From a virus (lineage: Duplodnaviria > Caudoviricetes), in IMG/VR virus record IMGVR_UViG_3300007784_000003, positions 1 to 30,270 of that record: a stretch of DNA of 30,270 nt. One strand, written 5' to 3'. A program made the position numbers and the translations under genes. Under the pieces are notes generated by a model. The model saw nothing but the letters and a program-made list of their open reading frames with translations, was not told the origin of the DNA and made no database searches. Of the stretch, positions 18,837-25,930 are shown in pieces. How positions within the stretch are numbered: the first letter of the stretch is position 1; each line of letters begins with the position of its first letter.

Positions 18837-18850
18837 TAAGGGGATCTACC

Positions 18851-19540
18851 ATGACACAGAAAGCTATCTTATCGCTGTTTGACTATACGACAGAAACAGT
18901 AAAACCATGGGCGGAAGCGGGTTATTTATGCTACTGCGTTGACGTCCAGCACCCAGCAGGGGAGACGCGCGAAGGTAATATTATTCGTGTGGGAGCGGAC
19001 ATTCACTTGTGGGAACCACCCACTAATGTGCAGTTCGTTTTCATGGCGGCATTCCCGCCTTGTACGGACCTAGCTGTCAGCGGTGCGAAACACTTTGCCA
19101 GCAAGCTAGCAGCTAACCCCGAATACAGGCGGGAAGCAATGGCACTGGTGTATCGCGCTCGCGACATCGGGGTAGCACTCGATGTGCCGTATTACATCGA
19201 GAATCCCGTCAGTGTCATATCCAGCGAGTGGCGCAAGCCTGACCACACGTTCAACCCGTCGGACTATGGTGGCTATATCCCAGCAGGGGATGAGCAGCAC
19301 CCGATATGGCCGGATATTATCCCGCCTCGAGACGCCTACACGAAGCGTACTTGCCTGTGGACGGGTGGCGGCTTCGTGATGCCGGAGCGCGCGCCTGTAC
19401 CGGTCCCTGAGGCGGTGTTCCACGGTTGGGCCAAGCTTGGCGGGAAGTCACTCCGCACAAAGAACATCCGCAGCGCCACGCCTCGCGGCTTCGCTGTGGC
19501 GGTATTCGTAGAACATGCGGTCGTCCAACTGGCGGCATAA
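18851..19540 (+). CDS. Phage DNA cytosine-C5 methyltransferase-like protein
   Basis: Catalytic-type FPPCT, ENPV, K.T.LW and C-terminal RS.TP.GFA motifs; motif I degenerate (SLFDYTT). Confidence 0.75.
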   Translation: MTQKAILSLFDYTTETVKPWAEAGYLCYCVDVQHPAGETREGNIIRVGADIHLWEPPTNVQFVFMAAFPPCTDLAVSGAKHFASKLAANPEYRREAMALVYRARDIGVALDVPYYIENPVSVISSEWRKPDHTFNPSDYGGYIPAGDEQHPIWPDIIPPRDAYTKRTCLWTGGGFVMPERAPVPVPEAVFHGWAKLGGKSLRTKNIRSATPRGFAVAVFVEHAVVQLAA

Positions 19541-19565
19541 TTGGATACAAAACGGGAGAATAACT

Positions 19566-19685
19566 ATGTATGACTTTGACGACAACGACTATGGCGCAGC
19601 CTTCGAAGGTTACTTTGCTGCGGGGATTGACAACGAACTGGCAGAATACTTTTACACCGGCACCGTCGACGGCGAGGTAGCGTAA
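19566..19685 (+). CDS. 39-aa acidic/aromatic peptide
   Basis: GGGAG RBS; MYDFDDNDYGAAFEGYFAAGIDNELAEYFYTGTVDGEVA; TAATG overlap with the next ORF; not in the ORF track. Confidence 0.65.
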   Translation: MYDFDDNDYGAAFEGYFAAGIDNELAEYFYTGTVDGEVA

Positions 19686-19768
19686 TGAACAACACAAGCC
19701 CAATGTACTTTCTGGTTCCCTTTGTGGTTACCGTGGTCCTGATCCTACTGCTAGGGGGTGCAGCATGA
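19685..19768 (+). CDS. 27-aa single-TM peptide
   Basis: GAGGT RBS; MNNTSPMYFLVPFVVTVVLILLLGGAA; stop/start overlaps at both ends. Confidence 0.6.
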   Translation: MNNTSPMYFLVPFVVTVVLILLLGGAA

Positions 19769-19965
19769 ACGAGCGCGAGTATGAATGCAAGCGGCTGTTG
19801 ATGCACCCGGACTGGATCAATGATGGTGTTATCCGGCGCAAGTGTCGCCAGCTACTGCGGCAGTGGGCCAAGCGCAACCGAAGGGCATACGGCAGGCTGA
19901 GCTGGCTGAACTACTGCGACTATGTGCGCAACTACAGGGACCGCACTGGCGGTCTAGAGGGATGA
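19765..19965 (+). CDS. Hypothetical basic protein (66 aa)
   Basis: ATGA overlap with the upstream ORF; GGGGGTG RBS-like sequence. Confidence 0.55.
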   Translation: MNEREYECKRLLMHPDWINDGVIRRKCRQLLRQWAKRNRRAYGRLSWLNYCDYVRNYRDRTGGLEG

Positions 19966-19968
19966 ACC

Positions 19969-20163
19969 ATGGGTAGACGAAACGGACCACTGGACCGGGC
20001 AATGAGGGAACTGCAGGTCGCACTGGCTGAGGAAACACCGGGTCGCGTGCGTCGGGCATGGGACGACATTCAAGCCGCAGCACAGGCTGGCCAGGCTGGC
20101 CCGGCCCGGGGTAGGGCAATGGGGATCCGCCGCGCTAGGCTGCGCTCAAGGTCTCGAAACTGA
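19969..20163 (+). CDS. Hypothetical Arg/Ala-rich protein (64 aa)
   Basis: GAGG RBS; fills the gap before promoter 2. Confidence 0.5.
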   Translation: MGRRNGPLDRAMRELQVALAEETPGRVRRAWDDIQAAAQAGQAGPARGRAMGIRRARLRSRSRN

Positions 20164-20168
20164 GGGGG

Positions 20169-20197
20169 TTGCATCTGTGGGATAGTGCAGATATACT
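20169..20197 (+). promoter_or_regulatory. Sigma70-type early promoter 2
   Basis: TTGCAT-17 bp-TATACT in an intergenic gap, followed by AGGAG and ATG 20237. Confidence 0.7.
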
Positions 20198-20236
20198 GTC
20201 TCACAGCTGGAACGTCCACCAACACAGGAGAATGAC

Positions 20237-20551
20237 ATGAAAGCGAGATTCATAGCGACATACAAGGGTAAACGGTATTACCGCGTGCCGGTAGTTATCC
20301 GCTGCAATGACATCGTGAGGTGCCTGACGGTTGCCGAGTATAAGACCACGGTGCTGGCCCGGAATGCCACTGAAGCCGCCAACTATGTGCGGGATGAGTG
20401 GGCACACCGCCCGGAAACTGAGGTGTTCGCCTATGGCCCGAAGGGTGGCGAGGTCATGCGGTATGTAGGCTGGTATAGCTGCATCGGTAACGCCCTGCTG
20501 GGCAATGGGGGGCACGTCCCTGATCAACTGACACTGGGGGGCCTGATATGA
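20237..20551 (+). CDS. Hypothetical protein (104 aa)
   Basis: AGGAG RBS; first ORF of a translationally coupled chain. Confidence 0.7.
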   Translation: MKARFIATYKGKRYYRVPVVIRCNDIVRCLTVAEYKTTVLARNATEAANYVRDEWAHRPETEVFAYGPKGGEVMRYVGWYSCIGNALLGNGGHVPDQLTLGGLI

Positions 20552-20742
20552 GCCTTTACAACCATGTTTATGACTTCGCCTTTGAGGTGATAACCGACAG
20601 CGCAGAGGGGGATGCGACGCCTAACCAGCTGCGGGATGCAATCCAGCGGAGACTTGCCCGCCTATCCGATGAGGAACTGTTAGAGGCCTGCGGGTTAGTC
20701 GATGGGTATTCATACGAGGAACAGCAGGGGGTGCTGAAATGA
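20548..20742 (+). CDS. Hypothetical acidic protein (64 aa)
   Basis: ATGA overlaps at both ends. Confidence 0.65.
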   Translation: MSLYNHVYDFAFEVITDSAEGDATPNQLRDAIQRRLARLSDEELLEACGLVDGYSYEEQQGVLK

Positions 20743-20957
20743 TTAAGGGATTCAACCTAGCCGTCGCGCCTGACGGCAACGAGTACCTGCAGTGCAGGAC
20801 CTGCGGGGGTTATCAAACCGCTGGCGAGACCCTTGCGCACCGGGACGTGTTTGACACTGCGGTACTACTCCGGTGTTACAACTGCGGTCGACGCCATATC
20901 AACCATCTGGATTACATCATCATGGAAGGAGGTATCCCATGCGAATCGAATCAGTAA
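20739..20957 (+). CDS. Small zinc-ribbon protein
   Basis: CRTC and CYNC pairs; ATGA overlap. Confidence 0.6.
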   Translation: MIKGFNLAVAPDGNEYLQCRTCGGYQTAGETLAHRDVFDTAVLLRCYNCGRRHINHLDYIIMEGGIPCESNQ

Positions 20958-21196
20958 CAAGCTACATCCTGCACACGAGGCAGGGTGAGGTATCCATCCG
21001 GGGAGCTGACAGCATCGAGCTGGAAGCAGCATTAGCTTACGCCCGGGTGATGTGTGTACAGGGACGCACCGTGCAGGGCATCAAGTTCCTCAGGAAAGAG
21101 CTTGGATTGCAACTCAGGGAAGCTAAACACATCGCGGATGACCTCAAGCATGAGGTGTTCGTCAAAGGGATGCAGGACATGGGGGGTGAGGTATGA
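20939..21196 (+). CDS. Protein with ribosomal L7/L12 C-terminal-domain-like motif
   Basis: AAGGAGGT RBS before ATG 20939; VQGIKFLRKELGLQLREAKHIAD resembles the L7/L12 pattern I.AIK.VR..TGLGLKEAK..VE. Confidence 0.6.
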   Translation: MRIESVTSYILHTRQGEVSIRGADSIELEAALAYARVMCVQGRTVQGIKFLRKELGLQLREAKHIADDLKHEVFVKGMQDMGGEV

Positions 21197-21471
21197 GTTG
21201 TCACGACTGCAAACACAGAGGCACGTTGCCCGGGGACGCACACATCCAGTGCAACCATCCAAAAGCAACCATCGCATGCCTGAGAGATGCCAAGCTTGGC
21301 ACCGCAGAGACCGACCGGGGCACGCTGGATGTGGTCATATTCCCCAGCGGCGAGAGCTTGCTTGTTGTCGGCGAGCTGTATGGATACGAGCAGGGTTGGT
21401 TTCACTGGCCGATGAACTTTGACCCGGGATGGCTACTGGGATGCACGGGATATGCGAAGGTGCGGTCATGA
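21193..21471 (+). CDS. Cys/His/Trp-rich hypothetical protein (possible metal binding)
   Basis: CHDCKH...H..C.HP and GWFHWPMNFDP.W...C; ATGA overlap. Confidence 0.65.
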   Translation: MSCHDCKHRGTLPGDAHIQCNHPKATIACLRDAKLGTAETDRGTLDVVIFPSGESLLVVGELYGYEQGWFHWPMNFDPGWLLGCTGYAKVRS

Positions 21472-21641
21472 GAATGAACATCGACATGGCTAAACGTCGC
21501 GCGGACCTTAACCGGCAGACCTATGGGATCCAGTTCGCTGTATACCGTGACGACCGGGGGGGCAGGCTGTATATTCGCCCCGCTGACGACAGGTCCAGGC
21601 TACCCGAGCTGGCATTTCTTATATATCGCACAAAGGTTTAG
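21468..21641 (+). CDS. Hypothetical protein (57 aa)
   Basis: ATGA overlap at 21468 with AAGGTG RBS. Confidence 0.55.
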   Translation: MRMNIDMAKRRADLNRQTYGIQFAVYRDDRGGRLYIRPADDRSRLPELAFLIYRTKV

Positions 21642-21644
21642 ACT

Positions 21645-22664
21645 ATGAAGCTCTACAAGCGAGGTAAGACATGGTACGTCGATGCCCGGGAAGGGGGGCA
21701 TGGCCGGGTATCTACTGGCACTGCTGACCGGAGGAAAGCAGAGGACTTTGCCAAGCGTATGCTCAGGGGTATCGGCAACGGCCACACCCTGACTGACGCC
21801 ATGGAGCGTGCTTGGTCTGAGTACTATCAGGACACCAAGGGTGCCCGGAATGTCAACAGCCAGATGAACCGGGTGAAGACATGGTATGGCAGCAGGAAGC
21901 TGACCGACATCGACACCCCATGGTTGAAGGAAGTACAGGGGGATCTACGCAAGCATGCCAGCGTCGCCACGGTGAACCGGTACATGGCCCTGATGGGGAA
22001 GGTGCTGGGTCTGTGCGTCGAGTGGGGGTGGCTAGAGCACAAGCCTCAGGTTCCCCATGGCAAGGAGCGGGGACATAGGCTGCGGACAATCAGCGAGGCC
22101 GAGGAACTGGAGCTGCTGGCCTATTTCAATGATGAGTGTGAGTGGATGCTGGGCCTGACGGCGTTCCTGCTGGACACAGGGGCCAGGCTGAGCGAGGCCT
22201 TGCGTATCAGTGCGGAAGAGCAGCGGGTAGCCATCGCCACCCGGAAGTGGACGATATGGGAAGCCAAGGGTGGCAAGCCGAGGACCATACCGCTGACTGG
22301 CCGGGCACATATGGCCCTGCGTGAGGGGGGATGGAGAGGCAAGACTGCGCGCCAAGCACAGGATCAGTGGAGCTATGCCCGGGCGGCCATGGGTCTGGCC
22401 AAGGACAAAGGCTTTGTGCTTCATGCACTTAGGCACACCTGCGCAACGAGGCTGGTTGATCAAGACGTGCCACTTCCAGTCATCCGGGATTATCTCGGTC
22501 ATGCTAGTATCACCACAACGGAACGGTACGCTCACCTTAATCCGCGTGCCCTTGAGGTCGCTGCATTGTGTCTTGAGAGTGTGTCAACAGGGGCGTATAA
22601 TGCGCCGGCATCTCCAACACCATGTAATCATATGGGTTTCGACTCGGAGCTAGACCATTACTAG
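21645..22664 (+). CDS. int: Tyrosine recombinase / integrase
   Basis: TGARLSE (R), AKGG (K), HALRH (HxxR), LGH and ERY (Y); ATVNRY core-binding motif; N-terminal arm-like segment (WYVD...R.STGT.D). Confidence 0.93.
   Translation: MKLYKRGKTWYVDAREGGHGRVSTGTADRRKAEDFAKRMLRGIGNGHTLTDAMERAWSEYYQDTKGARNVNSQMNRVKTWYGSRKLTDIDTPWLKEVQGDLRKHASVATVNRYMALMGKVLGLCVEWGWLEHKPQVPHGKERGHRLRTISEAEELELLAYFNDECEWMLGLTAFLLDTGARLSEALRISAEEQRVAIATRKWTIWEAKGGKPRTIPLTGRAHMALREGGWRGKTARQAQDQWSYARAAMGLAKDKGFVLHALRHTCATRLVDQDVPLPVIRDYLGHASITTTERYAHLNPRALEVAALCLESVSTGAYNAPASPTPCNHMGFDSELDHY
22573..22606 (+). promoter_or_regulatory. Sigma70 promoter with GC-rich discriminator inside the integrase 3' end
   Basis: TTGAGA-17 bp-TATAAT-GCGCC. 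Confidence 0.75.
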
Positions 22665-22686
22665 GGTGTCATATATGGGGGATGGG

Positions 22687-22705
22687 GAATTAGTATCAAC
22701 TTAGG
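22687..22705 (+). promoter_or_regulatory. Putative phage-RNAP promoter, copy 1 (GAATTAGTATCAACTTA-GG)
   Basis: Exact 19-bp match to 25362-25380; 17 nt followed by GG, the -17..+2 geometry of T7-family promoters. Confidence 0.7.
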
Positions 22706-22724
22706 ACAGGGGAGCTGAGCCTAG

Positions 22725-22784
22725 AAGGGACACCTAAAGGGACACTTAATGTGTCACTGAAGGTGACACTGAAGGTGACCCCTA
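22725..22784 (+). repeat. Five tandem imperfect 12-bp repeats
   Basis: AAGGGACACCTA / AAGGGACACTTA / ATGTGTCACTGA / AGGTGACACTGA / AGGTGACCCCTA. Confidence 0.85.
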
Positions 22785-22828
22785 GAAGTGAGTCAACAAA
22801 AGAGAAGACCACACAGGAGAGTAGAACT

Positions 22829-25252
22829 ATGGATATGCTTCAGAAAGAGCTAGAGCTGGAACAGGAGATGTTAACTGCAGGTGTCGCCAAGTATTACGAC
22901 AAGTTGACGGTAAGGGGTAAAGAGACAGCTGGACCCGGTAAGAGGGTATCTGGTGTGATGACTGAAGCTTTGGCCAAAGCTTTAGAGGAAACCATAAGGA
23001 AAGTGACAGACCCCAAGCGTCGCGGTAGGCCGGCCAAGGATGCCGCATTGATTCACCGTATCAAGGACATAAACCCCGGCACTATGGCCCTGTTGACTGT
23101 ACGCAGTGTGATGCAGTCACTGGGTGACTCCCGGGGCACCAACCAGACAGCGTACCTCATTGGGGCACTGGTGACGGAGCATGACGATTGGGTGAAGCTG
23201 GCCTCGAAGGCACCCGGCCTGGCCTATAAGGTCAACGAGCAGCTGAGGAAGACGACACATGAGGACCATCGCCGTAAGGTGACCCGGCATGTGGTCTCCC
23301 AGTACGCTGAGTCCACATGGTCTGAGAAAGATGCGGGCATGATTGGTAAGTGGCTGCTGGAGATGGTACTGGCACACACCAACCTTGCTAAACTGACCGT
23401 ATCGTTTTCCAAGGGCAAGCGTAAGTCATACCTCGAGGCCACACCAGAGACGGAGATGGCGCTCATCGCGGGACACATCCGGTGTGAGGAACTGAGTCCG
23501 GTATTCACTCCGATGGTGTGCCCGCCACAGCCGTGGACGGATCCGTGGAACGGGGGATACCTGCAGCGTCGCATGGCGTTCATCAAGGTGAGGGACAAGG
23601 GGTATATCCGCAGTCTGGATGCCTGTGACCTGTCTCAGGTCTATAGTGCCCTGAATACCCTGCAGTCAACAGCCTACCGCATCAACAAGTCGGTACTCGG
23701 TGTCCTGCAGCGTGCCCTCGACGGTAACGCAAAGCTGCCGGGCCTCGTGGATCAGGAGAAGCTGCCGCTGCCGGCCAAGCCTCAGGATATTGAGACGAAT
23801 GAGGAAGCCCGCACACAGTGGAAGCGTGAAGCTGCCCGGGTACACAGCAATAATGCCACCATCAGGGGGGAGCGGATAGCTCAGCGTATGAAGCTGAACA
23901 CAGCCGAAGACTATTCACAGTATGAGACCATTTACTTCCCGCATACGCTGGACTGGAGAGGCCGCGCGTACCCAGTGCCTGTCTTCCTGAATCCTCAGGG
24001 TGACGACATGGCAAAGAGCCTGCTGCAGTTCGCAGAGGGCAAGCCGCTGGGTGAAGAGGGGGAGCTTTGGCTCAAGATCCATGTGGCTAATCTATTCGGC
24101 GTGGATAAGGTTGGCCTGGCTGAGCGGATCAAGTGGGTAGATGACAACTTTGATGCCCTGTTGGAGTGTGGTACTGACCCTGATAGCACGGACCTGTGGA
24201 CCACTGCCGACAAGCCGTGGCAGGCACTGGCTGCGTGCTTTGAGCTGGTTGGCCTGTCCATCATGGGCACGGACTATGTGTCTCACCTGCCGGTCGCGAT
24301 GGATGGATCCTGCAATGGACTCCAGCACCTGTCGGCCATGCTCAAGGACGAGACCGGTGGAGCTGCAGTCAACCTAGTACCGAGTGACAAGCCTGCTGAC
24401 ATCTACACTACAGTGGCCAAAAAGGTGACCGAAGCCCTGAAGGATGAGATGGAAACCAACGGTGACAACACACAGGCCAGCCTCTGGCTGCAGATGGGGA
24501 TTAACCGCAAGCTGGTCAAGCGCCCGGTGATGACGACTCCGTATGGTGTGACCGGCTTCGGGATCCGCGACCAGCTCAAGAAGGAGATAGATGCCCAAGG
24601 TCTGTTGGAAGGGCACCGCAAGGCATGGCTGGTGAAGGATACCGACAAGCCTGAGAAAGCCACGTACTATGCTGCCTCATACATCGCGCCCATCGTGGCC
24701 GAGGCTATTGGGGAGACAGTACTGGCATCCAAGCAGGTGATGGACTGGCTGCGTGACTGTGCCAAGACTGCGGGTGAGGCTGGTGTCATGTTGAACTGGG
24801 TCAACCCGGTTGGTCTACCCACTCAGTCGGACTACTACAAGCGGAAGGGGGAGAAGTTCCAAGCCCGCATCGGTGGACAGATGGTTCAAATCTGGCTGTC
24901 ACACAACACCAAGGACATCAACGTTCAGAAGATTGCGACGGGGATGAGTCCGAACGTAGTCCATAGCTATGACGGGGCACACATGATGCTGACCGTGAAT
25001 GCCTGCAAGGAGGAAGGCATAACGTCACTCGCCATGGTGCATGATAGCTACGCCACACATGCCTGCGATGTGGGTATGATGAATGCCCTGCTCAGGCGGG
25101 AGTTCGTTGAGATGTATTCGGGGAATGTTCTGCAGGATTTGTACGCCCAATTCATCTTACAAGTGGGAGAGTGTGTAGAGCTGCCAGCTCCACCCGCTCA
25201 GGGGAATCTGGACCTGTCCTTGGTTGAGGACTCCCCGTATTTCTTTGCCTAA
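22829..25252 (+). CDS. gp1: Single-subunit DNA-directed RNA polymerase (T7 gp1-like)
   Basis: DWRGR.Y, motif A DGSCNGLQH, motif B R.LVKRPVMT.PYG, PN.VHS.D, motif C HDS, C-terminal YFFA; AGGAG RBS supports ATG 22829. Confidence 0.97.
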   Translation: MDMLQKELELEQEMLTAGVAKYYDKLTVRGKETAGPGKRVSGVMTEALAKALEETIRKVTDPKRRGRPAKDAALIHRIKDINPGTMALLTVRSVMQSLGDSRGTNQTAYLIGALVTEHDDWVKLASKAPGLAYKVNEQLRKTTHEDHRRKVTRHVVSQYAESTWSEKDAGMIGKWLLEMVLAHTNLAKLTVSFSKGKRKSYLEATPETEMALIAGHIRCEELSPVFTPMVCPPQPWTDPWNGGYLQRRMAFIKVRDKGYIRSLDACDLSQVYSALNTLQSTAYRINKSVLGVLQRALDGNAKLPGLVDQEKLPLPAKPQDIETNEEARTQWKREAARVHSNNATIRGERIAQRMKLNTAEDYSQYETIYFPHTLDWRGRAYPVPVFLNPQGDDMAKSLLQFAEGKPLGEEGELWLKIHVANLFGVDKVGLAERIKWVDDNFDALLECGTDPDSTDLWTTADKPWQALAACFELVGLSIMGTDYVSHLPVAMDGSCNGLQHLSAMLKDETGGAAVNLVPSDKPADIYTTVAKKVTEALKDEMETNGDNTQASLWLQMGINRKLVKRPVMTTPYGVTGFGIRDQLKKEIDAQGLLEGHRKAWLVKDTDKPEKATYYAASYIAPIVAEAIGETVLASKQVMDWLRDCAKTAGEAGVMLNWVNPVGLPTQSDYYKRKGEKFQARIGGQMVQIWLSHNTKDINVQKIATGMSPNVVHSYDGAHMMLTVNACKEEGITSLAMVHDSYATHACDVGMMNALLRREFVEMYSGNVLQDLYAQFILQVGECVELPAPPAQGNLDLSLVEDSPYFFA

Positions 25253-25263
25253 TAGGAGGTGTG

Positions 25264-25368
25264 ATGAAGGAACCAAAGACACGCAAGGGGACCAGCAAGC
25301 TGGTTCGACCATCCCGGCCACACCTTAATAGGAAGAAAGAGCAGAAGAAACGCGGCCCTCCGAATTAG
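25264..25368 (+). CDS. 34-aa basic peptide (position of T7 gene 1.1)
   Basis: AGGAGGT RBS; MKEPKTRKGTSKLVRPSRPHLNRKKEQKKRGPPN; not in the ORF track. Confidence 0.6.
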   Translation: MKEPKTRKGTSKLVRPSRPHLNRKKEQKKRGPPN

Positions 25369-25380
25369 TATCAACTTAGG
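25362..25380 (+). promoter_or_regulatory. Putative phage-RNAP promoter, copy 2
   Basis: Exact repeat of 22687-22705, just downstream of the RNAP gene at the head of the replication genes. Confidence 0.7.
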
Positions 25381-25396
25381 TACAACAAACCTTTTC

Positions 25397-25421
25397 GCCC
25401 TGGCTTCGGCCGGGGCTTTTT
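25397..25421 (+). terminator. Intrinsic terminator (TE-like early terminator)
   Basis: GCCCTGGC-TTCG-GCCGGGGC followed by TTTTT. Confidence 0.85.
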
Positions 25422-25445
25422 CATTTCTGGAGTGGAGAATGGCAA

Positions 25446-25718
25446 ATGAAACCATCGGAATACCTGTCGCACTTCCGGTTACAGGACCTCGGGAAACCGA
25501 TGTTCCAGATACTGGACAAGATGAGTACATCAATCCCCAACACCAACCAGCAGGTCCCGGCAGTACTGATGCTGGCACTGGCTGCGCTGGATGTCCTCGA
25601 AGGCTCGCCGGACTCTGCTCTGGAGAAGGGTGTGAAGGCACTGCGAGACGCAAAGGCTCAAGAGACTGAGCACTACAAGGCACTCCGGGACTACATCACA
25701 CAGGAGATACGGGTATGA
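25446..25718 (+). CDS. Hypothetical helical protein (90 aa)
   Basis: GGAG RBS 8 nt upstream; ATGA overlap with the next ORF. Confidence 0.7.
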   Translation: MKPSEYLSHFRLQDLGKPMFQILDKMSTSIPNTNQQVPAVLMLALAALDVLEGSPDSALEKGVKALRDAKAQETEHYKALRDYITQEIRV

Positions 25719-25930
25719 GCAAGCGTGACGACTGGTTTGTCACAGAAATCAAGCCTGAAATCAAGACCACCCGGCAGTACACGTATGTCGGCAAGCTGAC
25801 AACCCTGAAGCACAAGCGCAGGGGGGTAGAGGCGCAGGTGTTCACTGCCAACCGCAGGTTCATCAACGACCGCAGCAAGTACATGCCACATCAGGGCACA
25901 CAGGAGTGTGCAAGGAGAGCCGTATGTTGA
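25715..25930 (+). CDS. Hypothetical basic protein (71 aa)
   Basis: AGGAG RBS; C-terminal RSKYMPHQG..E.ARR. Confidence 0.65.
   Translation: MSKRDDWFVTEIKPEIKTTRQYTYVGKLTTLKHKRRGVEAQVFTANRRFINDRSKYMPHQGTQECARRAVC

Noticed and set aside
22633-22657. GGGTTTCGACTC...ACCA resembling a tRNA/tmRNA 3' end as attP core
   Set aside because: T-loop and acceptor-stem spacing do not fit a tRNA 3' half; the similarity is too weak to call.
22687-22705. 19-mer as a dif/XerD site or as att direct repeats excising the RNAP gene
   Set aside because: No XerC/XerD dyad is present and the 17+GG geometry fits a promoter better; recombination between the copies is not formally excluded.
22751-22828. ORF-track N-terminal extension of RNAP (MSLKVTLKVT...)
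   Set aside because: It is a translation of the 12-bp repeat array; the RBS supports ATG 22829.
25439-25669. Alternative-frame 76-aa ORF
   Set aside because: ATG is too close to the RBS and the product is Pro/Gly-rich; the 25446 frame couples properly to the next gene.
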